A stretch of DNA of 63,353 bases, filler included, from Octopus bimaculoides (GCF_001194135.2; 7 parts of 7 records of this genome joined end to end with filler, not necessarily neighbours in it); one strand, 5' to 3'; positions 1 through 13,149 are shown, numbered from the whole stretch's first letter. Notes: a model not told the origin generated them from the sequence alone. A program made the numbers and translations.

Positions 1-163
1 AACAATCGCATGATTAAATGAATCTATAAGTTGATTTATAATTGTGTGTTTCATTGCAGCAGTATAAGGAAATATTTTGAGAATGGTAGTAGTTCAATGG
101 ATGATGAAGCACGCAATACATGCATGTGTCTATATATATATGCTTGGTGAAACACATACGTAT

Positions 164-221
<58 letters not shown>

Positions 222-434
222 TGTTTGTGTGTGTATGACTTTGTGTATATGTATTTATATGTATATTTAGGATAAAATTAGTCAGCTGGGCTCATGATAT
301 GCTTAGAAGAACTCGATGTTTACATGAAACAGACCGTTTCTTCCAATAATAATTGTGTTTCAGTTTAGTTCTTATCACCTTTTAGTTACCTCCTGCTCGT
401 CCTTCTCTTCCATCATCGTCGCCGTCGAAATCAT

Positions 435-590
<156 letters not shown>

Positions 591-619
591 CTATGCCTAC
601 ACTACGGAATAACAACAGA

Positions 620-1074
620 AAAAAAGATGGTATGAGCACACAGGTAGAGAAATAAAGGCTAATAGGCCAGATATAGTTCTCAGAGATCATGAAGAAAAAA
701 ATGCTTTCTAATTGATGTATCAATACCAGCAGATGACCACGTTTCTCTAAAAGAAATGGAGAAACTTTCAAAATACAAAGACCTGGAAATAGAGGTAACT
801 CGAACGCGGAGTCTAAAAACAGAAACAATTCCTATTATAGTAGGTGCCTTAGGTATAATAAAAAAATATTCAGACAAATACATAACAAAACCACCAGCAC
901 TTACAAATATATATAACATACAGAAAATTGCACTACTGGGCACTGCACACATCCTACGCAAAACACTTTCAGTACAGTAACCATCATAGCATCACAGCAA
1001 ACCACAGCACATACCCAGGGCGCACAGAGCTGCGCTCGGTAGTGAAGTGAAAACACGTTATAAAAATAAAACTA

Positions 1075-1078
<4 letters not shown>
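620..1078 (+). mobile_element. 5'-truncated R4/Dong-clade non-LTR retrotransposon: restriction-like endonuclease (RLE) C-terminus plus 3'UTR
   Basis: With one frameshift it reads ANRPDIVLRDHEEK/CFLIDVSIPADDHVSLKEMEKLSKYKDL...IPIIVGALG...ALLGTAHILRKTL* (PD..D RLE motif). The 3'UTR ends AATAAAACTACTGAAT and is flanked by (AAT)n. Confidence 0.85.
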
Positions 1079-1136
<58 letters not shown>

Positions 1137-1138
1137 TG

Positions 1139-1213
<75 letters not shown>

Positions 1214-1260
1214 TTAATAATAATAATAATAATCATGATGATGATAATAATCATAATCAT
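1079..1260. repeat. (AAT)n microsatellite
   Basis: Read directly. Confidence 0.95.
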
Positions 1261-1267
1261 TGTAATT

Positions 1268-1466
1268 CAAAATTTTGGCACAAGGCCAGCAATTTCGAGG
1301 GAGGTAGTAAGTCGATTATATCGACCCCAGTGCCAAACTGGTACTCATTTTATAAACGCCGTAAGGTTGAAATGCAAAGTAACCCTCGGCAGAACGTAAA
1401 GACGGACGAAATGCCGCTATGCATTTTGTCCGGCATGTTAACAATTCTGCCAGCTCGCCACCTTTA
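1268..1466 (-). mobile_element. tRNA-headed SINE, family A (diverged copy)
   Basis: Reverse complement matches the repeat GGCGAGCTGGCAGAA...GAGGTCGACTTTGCCTTTCATCC...GTACCAGTT...GGGGTCGAT seen at 10102 and 25435. Confidence 0.75.
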
Positions 1467-1837
1467 TAATAATGATAATAATGATAACAGTAATAATAAT
1501 AATGATAATGATATTTTCTGCCATTTTAGTCGTTCTCAGCCATAATTTAACATTAACCCGTATCTCAGCAACAAACTGGTTTACAGAACTACACAAACTT
1601 ACGTACGTTCCCAATTTTACATATATAGAAGTACGAGAAAGCCAAGGACACACATGCGTACATTAATACATCCATCCACGCACGCATACGTACATACATA
1701 CATGCATATATGTATGCATGTAAGGATGCATGCATATATGCATATATGCATACATACGTACGTACACACGTACAGGAACATTCAGAGACGTATCAGTAAC
1801 CAACAAGCCAACGCAAACCCAAAAACTCTATCACCGT

Positions 1838-2048
1838 CACTATGACCATCGCCACCACTACCAGCTTCACCACCATCGTCACCATTACATCCACCATCAG
1901 CACCACCACCAGCACCACCATCAGCACCACCACCAGCACCACCACCAGCACCACCATTTCCAGCGTTCACACCGCCATCAGCATCAGTACCACCAGCACC
2001 ACCAGCACCACTACCAACATATCCACCATCAGCACCACCACAACCTCC
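1838..2048. repeat. Degenerate (CAC/CAT/CAG)n trinucleotide mosaic running into a gap
   Basis: Read directly. Confidence 0.85.
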
Positions 2049-3146
2049 NNNNNNNNNNNNNNNNNNNNNNNNNNNNNNNNNNNNNNNNNNNNNNNNNNNN
2101 NNNNNNNNNNNNNNNNNNNNNNNNNNNNNNNNNNNNNNNNNNNNNNNNNNNNNNNNNNNNNNNNNNNNNNNNNNNNNNNNNNNNNNNNNNNNNNNNNNNN
2201 NNNNNNNNNNNNNNNNNNNNNNNNNNNNNNNNNNNNNNNNNNNNNNNNNNNNNNNNNNNNNNNNNNNNNNNNNNNNNNNNNNNNNNNNNNNNNNNNNNNN
2301 NNNNNNNNNNNNNNNNNNNNNNNNNNNNNNNNNNNNNNNNNNNNNNNNNNNNNNNNNNNNNNNNNNNNNNNNNNNNNNNNNNNNNNNNNNNNNNNNNNNN
2401 NNNNNNNNNNNNNNNNNNNNNNNNNNNNNNNNNNNNNNNNNNNNNNNNNNNNNNNNNNNNNNNNNNNNNNNNNNNNNNNNNNNNNNNNNNNNNNNNNNNN
2501 NNNNNNNNNNNNNNNNNNNNNNNNNNNNNNNNNNNNNNNNNNNNNNNNNNNNNNNNNNNNNNNNNNNNNNNNNNNNNNNNNNNNNNNNNNNNNNNNNNNN
2601 NNNNNNNNNNNNNNNNNNNNNNNNNNNNNNNNNNNNNNNNNNNNNNNNNNNNNNNNNNNNNNNNNNNNNNNNNNNNNNNNNNNNNNNNNNNNNNNNNNNN
2701 NNNNNNNNNNNNNNNNNNNNNNNNNNNNNNNNNNNNNNNNNNNNNNNNNNNNNNNNNNNNNNNNNNNNNNNNNNNNNNNNNNNNNNNNNNNNNNNNNNNN
2801 NNNNNNNNNNNNNNNNNNNNNNNNNNNNNNNNNNNNNNNNNNNNNNNNNNNAACGAGTCGAGAATAAACATTGGGAAAGAACTTTTGTGATGTCTCTACA
2901 ATTTAGCTAATGGCAAAAATAAACGGTACGAGTGTGTGCGGCGGGTGAGCGTGTGTGTAGGTTTACATGTTGGTATATAGACATACATGCATATGCACAA
3001 ACACGCACACACAAACACACGCAAACACATACACACACACAAACACACACGCAAACACACACACACACACACATATATGCATGATTTCTATATGTGCGTC
3101 TGTATATATTTGTTTATATGTATAGTTATATATATGCATGTAAACC

Positions 3147-3203
<57 letters not shown>

Positions 3204-3564
3204 GTGTGTGTGTGTATGCATACACACGCACATACACATAGGATAAGCAAAGGCATACGTAAACAGCTGTTTCAGTTTAGCAATATAATAAATGATAAAA
3301 GTTACACCTGAATAGGAGTATGAACATGTCTACATACATGCACACAACCATACATACGTACGTACTTACATACATACATACGTACATACGTACATACATA
3401 CATAGATAAACATATACATACGAACAGGCATAAGCACATACATACATACGTACATACGTACATACACACATACATACGTACATACATAAACACATGCATA
3501 CATACATACAGCCATACGTGTATATATATATACTCACATGTACACACGCATACGATACGTGTAT

Positions 3565-3733
3565 AGGCATCTATCGACCCTCAGTACGCAACTGGTACTT
3601 AATTTATCGACTCCGAAAAGATAAAAGGCAAAGTCGACCTCGGCGGAATTTGAACTCCGAACGTAAAAACAGACGAAATGCTGCTAAGGATTTCGCCCTG
3701 CGTGCTAACGTTTTTGCCATCTCGCCGCCTTAA
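3565..3733 (-). mobile_element. SINE family A
   Basis: ATCGACCCTCAGTACGCAACTGGTACTTAATTTATCGAC...AAAGGCAAAGTCGACCTCGGCGGAATTTGAACTC is the reverse complement of the 10102 copy. Confidence 0.85.
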
Positions 3734-4469
3734 TGTTTTATNNNNNNNNNNNNNNNNNNNNNNNNNNNNNNNNNNNNNNNNNNNNNNNNNNNNNNNNNNN
3801 NNNNNNNNNNNNNNNNNNNNNNNNNNNNNNNNNNNNNNNNNNNNNNNNNNNNNNNNNNNNNNNNNNNNNNNNNNNNNNNNNNNNNNNNNNNNNNNNNNNN
3901 NNNNNNNNNNNNNNNNNNNNNNNNNNNNNNNNNNNNNNNNNNNNNNNNNNNNNNNNNNNNNNNNNNNNNNNNNNNNNNNNNNNNNNNNNNNNNNNNNNNN
4001 NNNNNNNNNNNNNNNNNNNNNNNNNNNNNNNNNNNNNNNNNNNNNNNNNNNNNNNNNNNNNNNNNNNNNNNNNNNNNNNNNNNNNNNNNNNNNNNNNNNN
4101 NNNNNNNNNNNNNNNNNNNNNNNNNNNNNNNNNNNNNNNNNNNNNNNNNNNNNNNNNNNNNNNNNNNNNNNNNNNNNNNNNNNNNNNNNNNNNNNNNNNN
4201 NNNNNNNNNNNNNNNNNNNNNNNNNNNNNNNNNNNNNNNNNNNNNNNNNNNNNNNNNNNNNNNNNNNNNNNNNNGTTTCATTAACTAATAATCCTATCAG
4301 AAGATAATTTGGATAAATGTCCTCTAATATTATTGGTTTGAAATTTCGGCACAAGGCTAGGAATTGTGGGGGAGGTTTAAGTCAAACACATCGGACATGT
4401 CCAAGCCACTTCCACTTTCTGCATCTTATTCGTCACTGATTCAGTTGCTGCACATTGTCGTCTCAATTG

Positions 4470-4683
4470 TGTCATTTCGGACTTCCTTGAGTAAAAAAAA
4501 AAATAGAGGAGAATCAGTTAATTATGATTTTATTCAACATATTCCCCTCTTAGATTTACCCACTTATTGCAGCCGTCCTCTGGCTTTTCTAAGCGCTGTA
4601 AAAGAACTCGGACATTTGGGCCTCCAGCCAAGCCTTTTTTGCGATACCCTTACAGCCAAGAACTTTTCAGCACCCTCACGTGT
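4470..4683 (-). mobile_element. Mariner-derived non-autonomous element (partial)
   Basis: Terminal GAACTTTTCAGCACCCTCACGTGTA. The minus strand carries a remnant resembling the mariner transposase C-terminus (KC..L.G.Y.E*). Confidence 0.55.
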
Positions 4684-5324
4684 ATTTTTTTTCCATACAT
4701 ATGAAACTTAAGAAAGTCACACCTAGCTTTTTATTTTCCATATTGAGACCTTTATGAAAATACATGTGTCACTGTGTGTTTGTATCTGTTTAAAATTTTG
4801 AGCTTATCCGTGTAAAACTGATACGCAGCATTGCGTAGAGTAACATTAAATGACGGCAAACTTTTGCCATGCAATAAAAGACGGAACAACTAAAGAAGTA
4901 CCAGTGTGAAGCAAGAACTACTATTGATAAAATACTGTAAAGATCCACAAAGGAAATACCTCAGCATCATTGTGATGGTGAGAGAAAAGAGTAAAAGAAC
5001 AAAAGAATATATAGAATACGAAAACCGTATAATCCTCTTGAAATAATTTCGAGTCCTCGTGCTAGAGTACAGAAGAAAAATAGCATCAAATGGTCAGAAA
5101 CGTAATGTTAGCGACGAAGGGGAAACGAAGGAAAAGCACAAAATATTTTGCTTAAGTAAGGCATCAAGTGGATCAATTTCTGACCCTAACATTATTGGTT
5201 ATGAACACAAATTTATTGCTAATCAATAGATACATATTATTGAATACAAAAATATACATCTATATCAGTATGTCTGTATAAGAACATCTATGTGTATGTG
5301 TATGCTCTTGTATGCTCTTGTGTG

Positions 5325-5373
<49 letters not shown>

Positions 5374-5479
5374 NNNNNNNNNNNNNNNNNNNNNNNNNNN
5401 NNNNNNNNNNNNNNNNNTTAATTAATTAANNNNNNNNNNNNNNNNNNNNNNNNNNNNNNNNNNNNNNNNNNNNTATATA

Positions 5480-5515
<36 letters not shown>

Positions 5516-5604
5516 TGTATGTATGTATGTATGTATATATGCATTTGTATGTGTATATATACAGATACAATGCATATATGACCGTGTGTAAGCAAAATAA
5601 GGCT

Positions 5605-5805
5605 CTCAAATGTTGGCACTAGTCCAGCAACTTCAGGGAAGAGGCCAGTCGATCCATCGACTCCAGTGTTCAACTGATTCTTATTGTATTGACTTTGAGA
5701 AAAAATTACTTCAGCGGCATTTTGAACTCAGAACGTAAAAAGCCGGAAAAAATGCCGCTAACCATTTTTGTCCGATGTGTTAAATATTCTTCCAGTTTGC
5801 AGCCC
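5605..5805 (-). mobile_element. SINE family A (diverged)
   Basis: Similar to the other family A copies. Confidence 0.65.
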
Positions 5806-6149
5806 TGGTGTAAAGTAGAATAATGAAGGAGAGACAAGGAAAGCGTACAGAATAAGGGAAATCGAACAAAATAAATAAACAAAACAGAAAATTCCCTTTA
5901 TCAGCCATCTGCCGAAGGTCATAGTGATTTCGACTCCTTGGGATAGGGGTCGCTACCATTCGCTGGCTTCAGCATCCTCAAGAAACGAATAATGCAATGG
6001 AGACGATTCAAGAAGGAAGCGAAAATTTTATATACGCGGATTATACTGAAATTAATACAAAAGCGGGCATGACTTTCTTTTATTATTTGACATAAGTCAT
6101 TGATATTGCACGTCTTGGTGGAGATACTCTTCCTCAATACAAAGATATT

Positions 6150-6940
6150 ACTCAACACAGTTTTCATCACAAGCGATGTGTTCGCGCCAAAGTTGAACCC
6201 AACTTCCGAATCCTCTTAAAAATACTGGGGTGTGCACCGTTGTAACCACTTCTTCACATCACTTTTACCTCATCTGTGTCATAAAAATCGCTGTTCCTAA
6301 ACAGCATCCTTCTTTGGACTGAAAGGATGGATATCAGTGGGGATGAAGTGCTAGATCCATGCTGCACAGTGGATGGAGGAAACACTGAACAGCCCAGGTT
6401 GGCGACTGCCTGATTTATTGCCAAAGATGTGTGTAGTTGTGGATTGCCATGGCATATATAGATGGCTTTTAGATTTTTTGTTCAGTCTCTTTTACCTAAT
6501 GGCTTCTCTAAACATTTTGAGCGTCTCAATGTACCGCTCGCTGTTCACAGTACAGCTACATTCTAGAAAAATCAGAGAGAACGCCGTCCTTGCCATCATT
6601 CAAGACAATCGCCATAACGTCTTATATCACATGTGGCTCTTATATCACATGTGGCTCTTCAGCTTCTTAGACCTTCGAGGTATGACGCCATTCCATGCAC
6701 TGATGCTTGGTTTCCGGATTAGAAAGCTTTACCCAAGTTTCACTTTCAATCATCAGATTGGAAAAATAAAACAGAAAAACTGGTTTTCATTGGCTTCAAA
6801 CGTTCCCAACAGATCAGAGCAGATCCCATATTTCTATCCTGTAAATCGGTTGTCCATTGCCGAGGTGCCTTCTTTGCATAGATATTCCGATATTCAAAGT
6901 GAGCCACCATCTTTTGTAAGGAATTGTGACAGTTATATAC
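6150..6940 (-). pseudogene. Degraded mariner (DD34D-type) transposase
   Basis: Broken minus-strand frames give ETWVKLSNPETKHQCMEWRH, TVNSERYIETLKMFREAIR, and remnants of the HDNA and HPPYSPDLAP regions; multiple stops and frameshifts. Confidence 0.75.
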
Positions 6941-7058
6941 GCATATATTATTCGATGGGGAAGCTACATTAGTTACTCAAAGGCCGAGAGTTTTGTTAAG
7001 TGCAATGTACTTAACATCCTCTCGGCCTATGAGATACTAGTATAGCATTACCACCGGT

Positions 7059-7340
7059 CTGTGGTAAGAAGCTTGCTTCCCAATCATATGAACGAAGCCC
7101 GTTACATATATATCTATGCGTGTGTGTATCTGTCTGTGTGTTTGTGTTTGTTCCCTACCACTGCTTGACAACTGGTATTGGTTTATTTACGCCACCGTAA
7201 TCTAGCGGTTCAGCAAAAGTGATCGATAGAATAAGTACCAGGCTTAAAAAAAAAAGTATTAGGGTCTATTCATTCGACTAAAAATTCTTCAATGTCGTGC
7301 TTCAGCATGGCCGCAGTCTAATGTCTGAAGCAAGTAAAAG
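7059..7340 (+). mobile_element. SINE family B (tRNA head; 3' tail ...CAGCATGGCCGCAGTC...AAGTAAAAG), internally deleted
   Basis: Matches the near-full-length copy at 7358-7760 in the opposite orientation. Confidence 0.8.
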
Positions 7341-7357
7341 ATATCTATCTATCTATC

Positions 7358-7760
7358 TTTACTCTTTTACTTGTTTCAGTCATTTGACTGTGGCCATGCT
7401 GGAGCACCGCCTTTAGTCGGGCAAATCGACTCCAGGACTTATTCTTTGTAAGTCTAGTACTTATTCTATCGGTCTCTTTTGCCGAACCGCTAAGTTACGG
7501 GGACGTAAACACACCAGCATCGGTTGTCAAGCGATGTTGAGGGACAAACACAGACACACACACACGCATATATATATATACATATATACATATATACGAC
7601 GGGCTTCTTTCAGTTTCTGTCTACCAAATCCACTCACAAGGCTTTGGTCGGCCCGAGGCTATAGCAGAAGACACTTGCCCAAGGTGCCACGTAGTGGGAC
7701 TGAACCCGGAACCATGTGGTTCGTAAGCAAGCTACTTACCACACAGCCACTCCTACGCCT
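7358..7760 (-). mobile_element. SINE family B, near full length
   Basis: tRNA-like head GTGGTAAGTAGCTTGCTTACGAACCACATGGTTCCGGGTTCAGTCCC, CORE-like CCTTGGGCAAG, central (TG/TA)n, and a conserved tail. Confidence 0.9.
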
Positions 7761-7907
7761 CACTATCTTTACGTACATACACACATACATAGTCATATGT
7801 GTGTGTGTGTGTGTGTGTGTGTATTGCTGTATGTATATATGTACAAATGTATATGTGTATATATATGTACGTATAGATGTGTATATATTTGTACATCTAT
7901 ACGTATT

Positions 7908-7951
<44 letters not shown>

Positions 7952-8649
7952 TGTGCGCGTGTACGTGTGAAATATTTATGCGTGTATATGTGCCTATGTA
8001 TGTGAAATACATATGCGTGTATGTGTGTATGTGTGTGTGTGTTGCGCGGGTATATGTGTGTGAATCTTGTGTTTATATTTATGCATTACGTGACGTGGCC
8101 AACTACAAACCTACCTCCTGCAGTTCCCCCTCTCCCCCCCCACACACAAACACACATACTGACACCCCCCCTCTCCCACCCCCACCCCCAAACACGTTTA
8201 GTGAGATATACATCATAACGATGGTGATAGTGGTGTGGGGAGGAGGTAGTAGTCGCATTGGCACACCAGTAACCATGACAACCGGGTAGTTCTTGTCAAA
8301 AGGAGCCAGAAGAGGTGGTAGGAACGGAGAAGGGGCGAAATCTGCTGCGCGTAAAAATGGTGCTGAAGGTATCGGTAATGGCGGTTTTGGCGCTGGTGTT
8401 GGGTGATAATGTTTGATTTAGGTTTGATCAAGGGCAGGGTGGTATCGAAGCTGGCAGTAAATTCGTTGGGGGAAGTGAGGCTAGAAATAGTGGGATGTTT
8501 GTGGAGTGAGTGGGCGAACTGGGTTCGAATCACAAGAAAACGCAGAACACCTGAGAATATTCCTCTCTCATTCTTCGCACCCTCTTTCTCCCTTTTTTTA
8601 TCTCCTCCCTGGGTGCTATACACACACACACACACACACNNNNNNNNNN

Positions 8650-8721
<72 letters not shown>

Positions 8722-8764
8722 TTCCCTCTCTCTCGCCTTCTCTTTCTCTGTATTTGCGCTCGCG

Positions 8765-9800
8765 CTTGTCTTTTACATCTTTCAGTCATTCGTCTGAGGC
8801 CATGCTGGGGCACCACACTGAAAGGTTTTAATTGAACAGCTCGACCTCAGTAATTAGTTGTTTAAACCCTGGTACTCGTTCTCTAACTCTCTCTTTGCCA
8901 AATTGCTAAGTTACGGGGACGTAAACTAATCAACACCGGTTGTCAAGCAGTGATGGGGGTCAAACGCAAACAGCAACGCGCGCGCATATAAACGACAGGC
9001 TTCTTTCAGTTTCCGTCAACCAAATTCACTCACAAGGCTTTGGCCAACTTAGAGTTATAGCGGAGAACATTTGGGATCTTTTTTAAAACGGGGGCCACAT
9101 TTTTCATTAACGAAACACTTTGAGACTTGGAACACTGGTAGAATGTGTCATATAAAACATCTTTTTCTCTTAGTCTTCTTAAAAAAAAAAGAAATCCATA
9201 AGTTATTCCATGTTAAAGTTGTCGTATTTCTGTAATTTCAACCAATCACTGACAAGTATTCAGTTGTTTATATTTACTCCTTTGGCTGATTAAGCGGTGT
9301 AAAGCGTATTTAATCTCNNNNNNNNNNNNNNNNNNNNNNNNNNNNNNNNNNNNNNNNNNNNNNNNNNNNNNNNNNNNNNNNNNNNNNNNNNNNNNNNNNN
9401 NNNNNNNNNNNNNNNNNNNNNNNNNNNNAGGGTTAGGGTTAGGGTTAAAGCAAATTTAAAATGAAAAAAGCAAATAAAACGAAGGTATGGAGATTAAATA
9501 CGCTTTACACCGCTTAATCAGCCAAAGGAGTAAATATAAACAACTGAATACTTGTCAGTGATTGGTTGAAATTATCGAAATAAGACAATTTTTTACATGA
9601 AATAAATTCGAATACAAAAATATTTTTCTGTTCTATAACACAAAATAGATAAGTATACGAAGTTTGAAAGTCTTTCCGTACCAAAAACACTACGTAAAAC
9701 ATTAATGAAAAATGTGGCCCCCGTTTTAAAATAGATCCAACATTTGTCCAAGGTGTGCGCTGTGGGACTGAACACGGCACCATGTGGTCGGGAACCAAAT
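8765..9800 (-). mobile_element. SINE family B interrupted by a DNA transposon at 9074-9738
   Basis: The SINE sequence resumes in register on either side of the insert. Confidence 0.85.
9074..9738. mobile_element. Foldback non-autonomous DNA transposon (Merlin-like) with central TTAGGG repeats
   Basis: TIRs GGATCT(T/A)TTTTAAAACGGGGGCCACATTTTTCATTAA; perfect 8-bp TSD AACATTTG (9066-9073 and 9739-9746); inner 85-bp perfect inverted repeat; AGGGTTAGGGTTAGGGTTA at 9429-9447. Confidence 0.85.
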
Positions 9801-10101
9801 ATATACATTTACCTATATACATACATACACACACATATATATATATATGTATACGAGTGTGTGAGTGTGTGAGTGTGTGTGTGTCTGTATGTATGTATAT
9901 ATATATATTTATATATATATATATGTATACAGTTGTGTATAAATACATATATACATATACATACACGTACACATACATACGTGCATACATGCATACATAC
10001 ATACATACATACATACATGGATACATAGAAACATACATACATTCATACATACATGTGTGTGTGTGTGCGTGTGTGTAAAGGTGATGGTTTGGCAGAATCG
10101 T

Positions 10102-10340
10102 AAAGGCGGCGAGCTGGCAGAAACGTTAGCACGCCGGGCGAAATGCTTAGCGGTGTTTCGTCTACCTTTACGTTCTGAGTTCAAATTCCGCCGAGGTCGA
10201 CTTTGCCTTTCATCCTTTCAGGGTCGATAAATTGAGTACCAGTTACGCACTGGGGTCGATGTAATCGACTTAATACCTTTGTCTGTCCTTGTTTGTCCCC
10301 TCCATGTTTAGCCCCTTGTGGGCAATAAAGAAATAAGAAT
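10102..10340 (+). mobile_element. SINE family A, full length and well preserved
   Basis: AAAGGCGGCGAGCTGGCAGAAACGTTAGC (A-box-like), GAGTTCAAATTCC (B-box-like), tail TGTCCTTGTTTGTCCCC...AATAAAGAAA. Confidence 0.9.
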
Positions 10341-11320
10341 CGTTAACGCGGCAAAGTGTTTTGTGGTATTCTTTCAGCTCTACGTTCTAAATTCAGGTGA
10401 AATCAGCTGTTTTTCATCCCTTGGCATCGATAACCTATAGTNNNNNNNNNNNNNNNNNNNNNNNNNNNNNNNNNNNNNNNNNNNNNNNNNNNNNNNNNNN
10501 NNNNNNNNNNNNNNNNNNNNNNNNNNNNNNNNNNNNNNNNNNNNNNNNNNNNNNNNNNNNNNNNNNNNNNNNNNNNNNNNNNNNNNNNNNNNNNNNNNNN
10601 NNNNNNNNNNNNNNNNNNNNNNNNNNNNNNNNNNNNNNNNNNNNNNNNNNNNNNNNNNNNNNNNNNNNNNNNNNNNNNNNNNNNNNNNNNNNNNNNNNNN
10701 NNNNNNNNNNNNNNNNNNNNNNNNNNNNNNNNNNNNNNNNNNNNNNNNNNNNNNNNNNNNNNNNNNNNNNNNNNNNNNNNNNNNNNNNNNNNNNNNNNNN
10801 NNNNNNNNNNNNNNNNNNNNNNNNNNNNNNNNNNNNNNNNNNNNNNNNNNNNNNNNNNNNNNNNNNNNNNNNNNNNNNNNNNNNNNNNNNNNNNNNNNNN
10901 NNNNNNNNNNNNNNNNNNNNNNNNNNNNNNNNNNNNNNNNNNNNNNNNNNNNNNNNNNNNNNNNNNNNNNNNNNNNNNNNNNNNNNNNNNNNNNNNNNNN
11001 NNNNNNNNNNNNNNNNNNNNNNNNNNNNNNNNNNNNNNNNNNNNNNNNNNNNNNNNNNNNNNNNNNNNNNNNNNNNNNNNNNNNNNNNNNNNNNNNNNNN
11101 NNNNNNNNNNNNNNNNNNATATATATATATATATATATATATATAAATTCATAAGAATGGTACAACAAGGTACCGATATTTGCTGGAGAATAGCGATCGA
11201 TATAAAAACGACGCTATTGTATAGCTTCACTGCGTATATACTGGCAAAAATGCGTGTGTGCAACAAAACATGAAAAACTTGTCTTACCTTAGGAAGAACA
11301 TCCGAAAATGAACAACCCAG

Positions 11321-11358
<38 letters not shown>

Positions 11359-11779
11359 GGCTGGTTGCTTCTGAAGAGGTGACAATACCATTACAACGAG
11401 CATGAGTGTTCACCGTTGCTGTGGCTAGACATTCCAGTTACATTGAAGTTTAAATTTCAGTAAAGTTTATGGAATGGTCTGGTATTAATAGCTACACGCT
11501 GGCAGTTATCACTCATTGTTAGCAGTTAAAATGGCAGTTGAATTTTCTGTCTTGGTTTTCTTTTGTTTGTTTGTTTGTTTTATTTTTTTTATGGATACAG
11601 TGAACTATTGTAATATGTGGAGCAAATGTGTTATGTTACTGACAATAGATGGCTTAAAATTATCAACGGATAGTCTCGTTAATAGCATCAGAATGACAGT
11701 CAGTTTTTTTTTGTTTTTTTTGTTAAGTGTTGCAGCATTTCGTAATATATATAGTTTGTTGTAAATAAAAAAAAAAACA

Positions 11780-12860
11780 AGCTGCGCCCTCGCTGGGAGT
11801 ATTGATGAGGCCTGTCGAAAATGTTCCAGATTATGTTGGGAAGAACATTTCCCTGATCCCAGTGCTTCCTCATAAAACGGGACAGAGTATTGTAGCTTTT
11901 CTTCTCCCTGGACCTGAAGGAATGAATATGTAGTGTAAGCCTTCTTTTGAAGTCGTTGACTGTAAATCACGGGTGTGCTGAATAAATGTTCCCTTGATGT
12001 TATTGTTATTGGCTGTGAATCAAGATACCATCATGTTGGTTGAAAGTCGTTCTACAGACTAGTGTCTCGGAAAAGGAGAATCATTTTAGCTAACAGGCTT
12101 GCGTGGGTTTATGCTTTTTACTGTTGTAGCATGCGATATTAGAAGCGGTGTTGTCTAGTTCAGAGTAACTCACCTTATCATTGCATGCCTTAAATTGCTT
12201 TGCTTGAGCAGTGTGGTCTAGTTAGGGATAAAGACTTCTTGGCAATATTCATGAAGACATTTACGTTGCAGAGAAGATTGAACCAAATTATTTCCTACTT
12301 CCTTCGGAGTAGGATGGCTGAGTCTTCCATGTACTCCAACTTCTAACTAAAGAAACACTTCTCAAATGTTTCGTTGTAGTGGAGGTGGTACTTTGTAAAA
12401 AAATATCACTATCTGGGGATAAATTGGCGATTATTTCACTAATACCAGCAACTTCATTATAGCTAGGGTAGTTGGAATTTCTATGAATATCTATTATTCC
12501 TCACTAAGTTTTCTATGGGTATAGCATTTGCCTGTATTGAAATTTAACGTAAGGTTTAAGCGGTTAACTATGGTTAGGTTGTTAACAATAGTTATATTTA
12601 AGTATTCTTGAATATTCCTATTAAGTTTTTTTTTTCAAAATAATCTTGGTGTCGACGTTCATATTGCTTGAAATTGCCAGGTTTTCATCTCTATATGTCC
12701 TCAAACTGTGGGGTTATGTGCATTTCCTGAGGGTACCCAGAATGAATAAACCGTCAGCAGCATCATTGTTTTACTGTCCCCTTTTCCATGCTGACCAAAT
12801 TTGTTGAGGCAGATTTTTCACAATCCAATGCCCATCCTATCATCAGCTTTCACCTAGTCA
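11780..12860 (-). pseudogene. Highly degraded LINE ORF2 C-terminal region, possibly L1/Tx1
   Basis: A-rich minus strand with broken coding-like frames and a decayed CCHC-like segment (..LHYIF...LCPVL*...EMFF); weak. Confidence 0.35.
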
Positions 12861-12935
12861 CAAGCGAGATAATATTTTTTTCCCTGACAACATCGCTTGC
12901 ATGACAATGATACCAGGACAAGGGTATACACAAAT

Positions 12936-12973
<38 letters not shown>

Positions 12974-12974
12974 A

Positions 12975-13018
<44 letters not shown>

Positions 13019-13086
13019 NNNNNNNNNNNNNNNNNNNNNNNNNNNNNNNNNNNNNNACACACACAGAGTCATACACACACACACAT

Positions 13087-13123
<37 letters not shown>

Positions 13124-13149
13124 ACTTAAGTGAATATGAGTGTGTCTAC

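Noticed and set aside
8213-8600. G-rich segment with ORFs of 140-157 aa
   Set aside because: Low-complexity purine-rich sequence with no recognisable motifs or splice structure.
9429-9447. TTAGGG repeats as a true telomere or chromosome fusion site
   Set aside because: Only about three visible units, enclosed by TIRs and a TSD of a transposon.
10102-10190. tRNA-like A/B boxes here and at other SINE heads as tRNA genes
   Set aside because: They continue into SINE bodies and lack a full cloverleaf.
11530-11778. T-rich stretch ending AATAAA plus A11, like a gene or retrocopy 3' end
   Set aside because: No upstream coding sequence or TSD was found; it could be a retroelement tail or simple low complexity.
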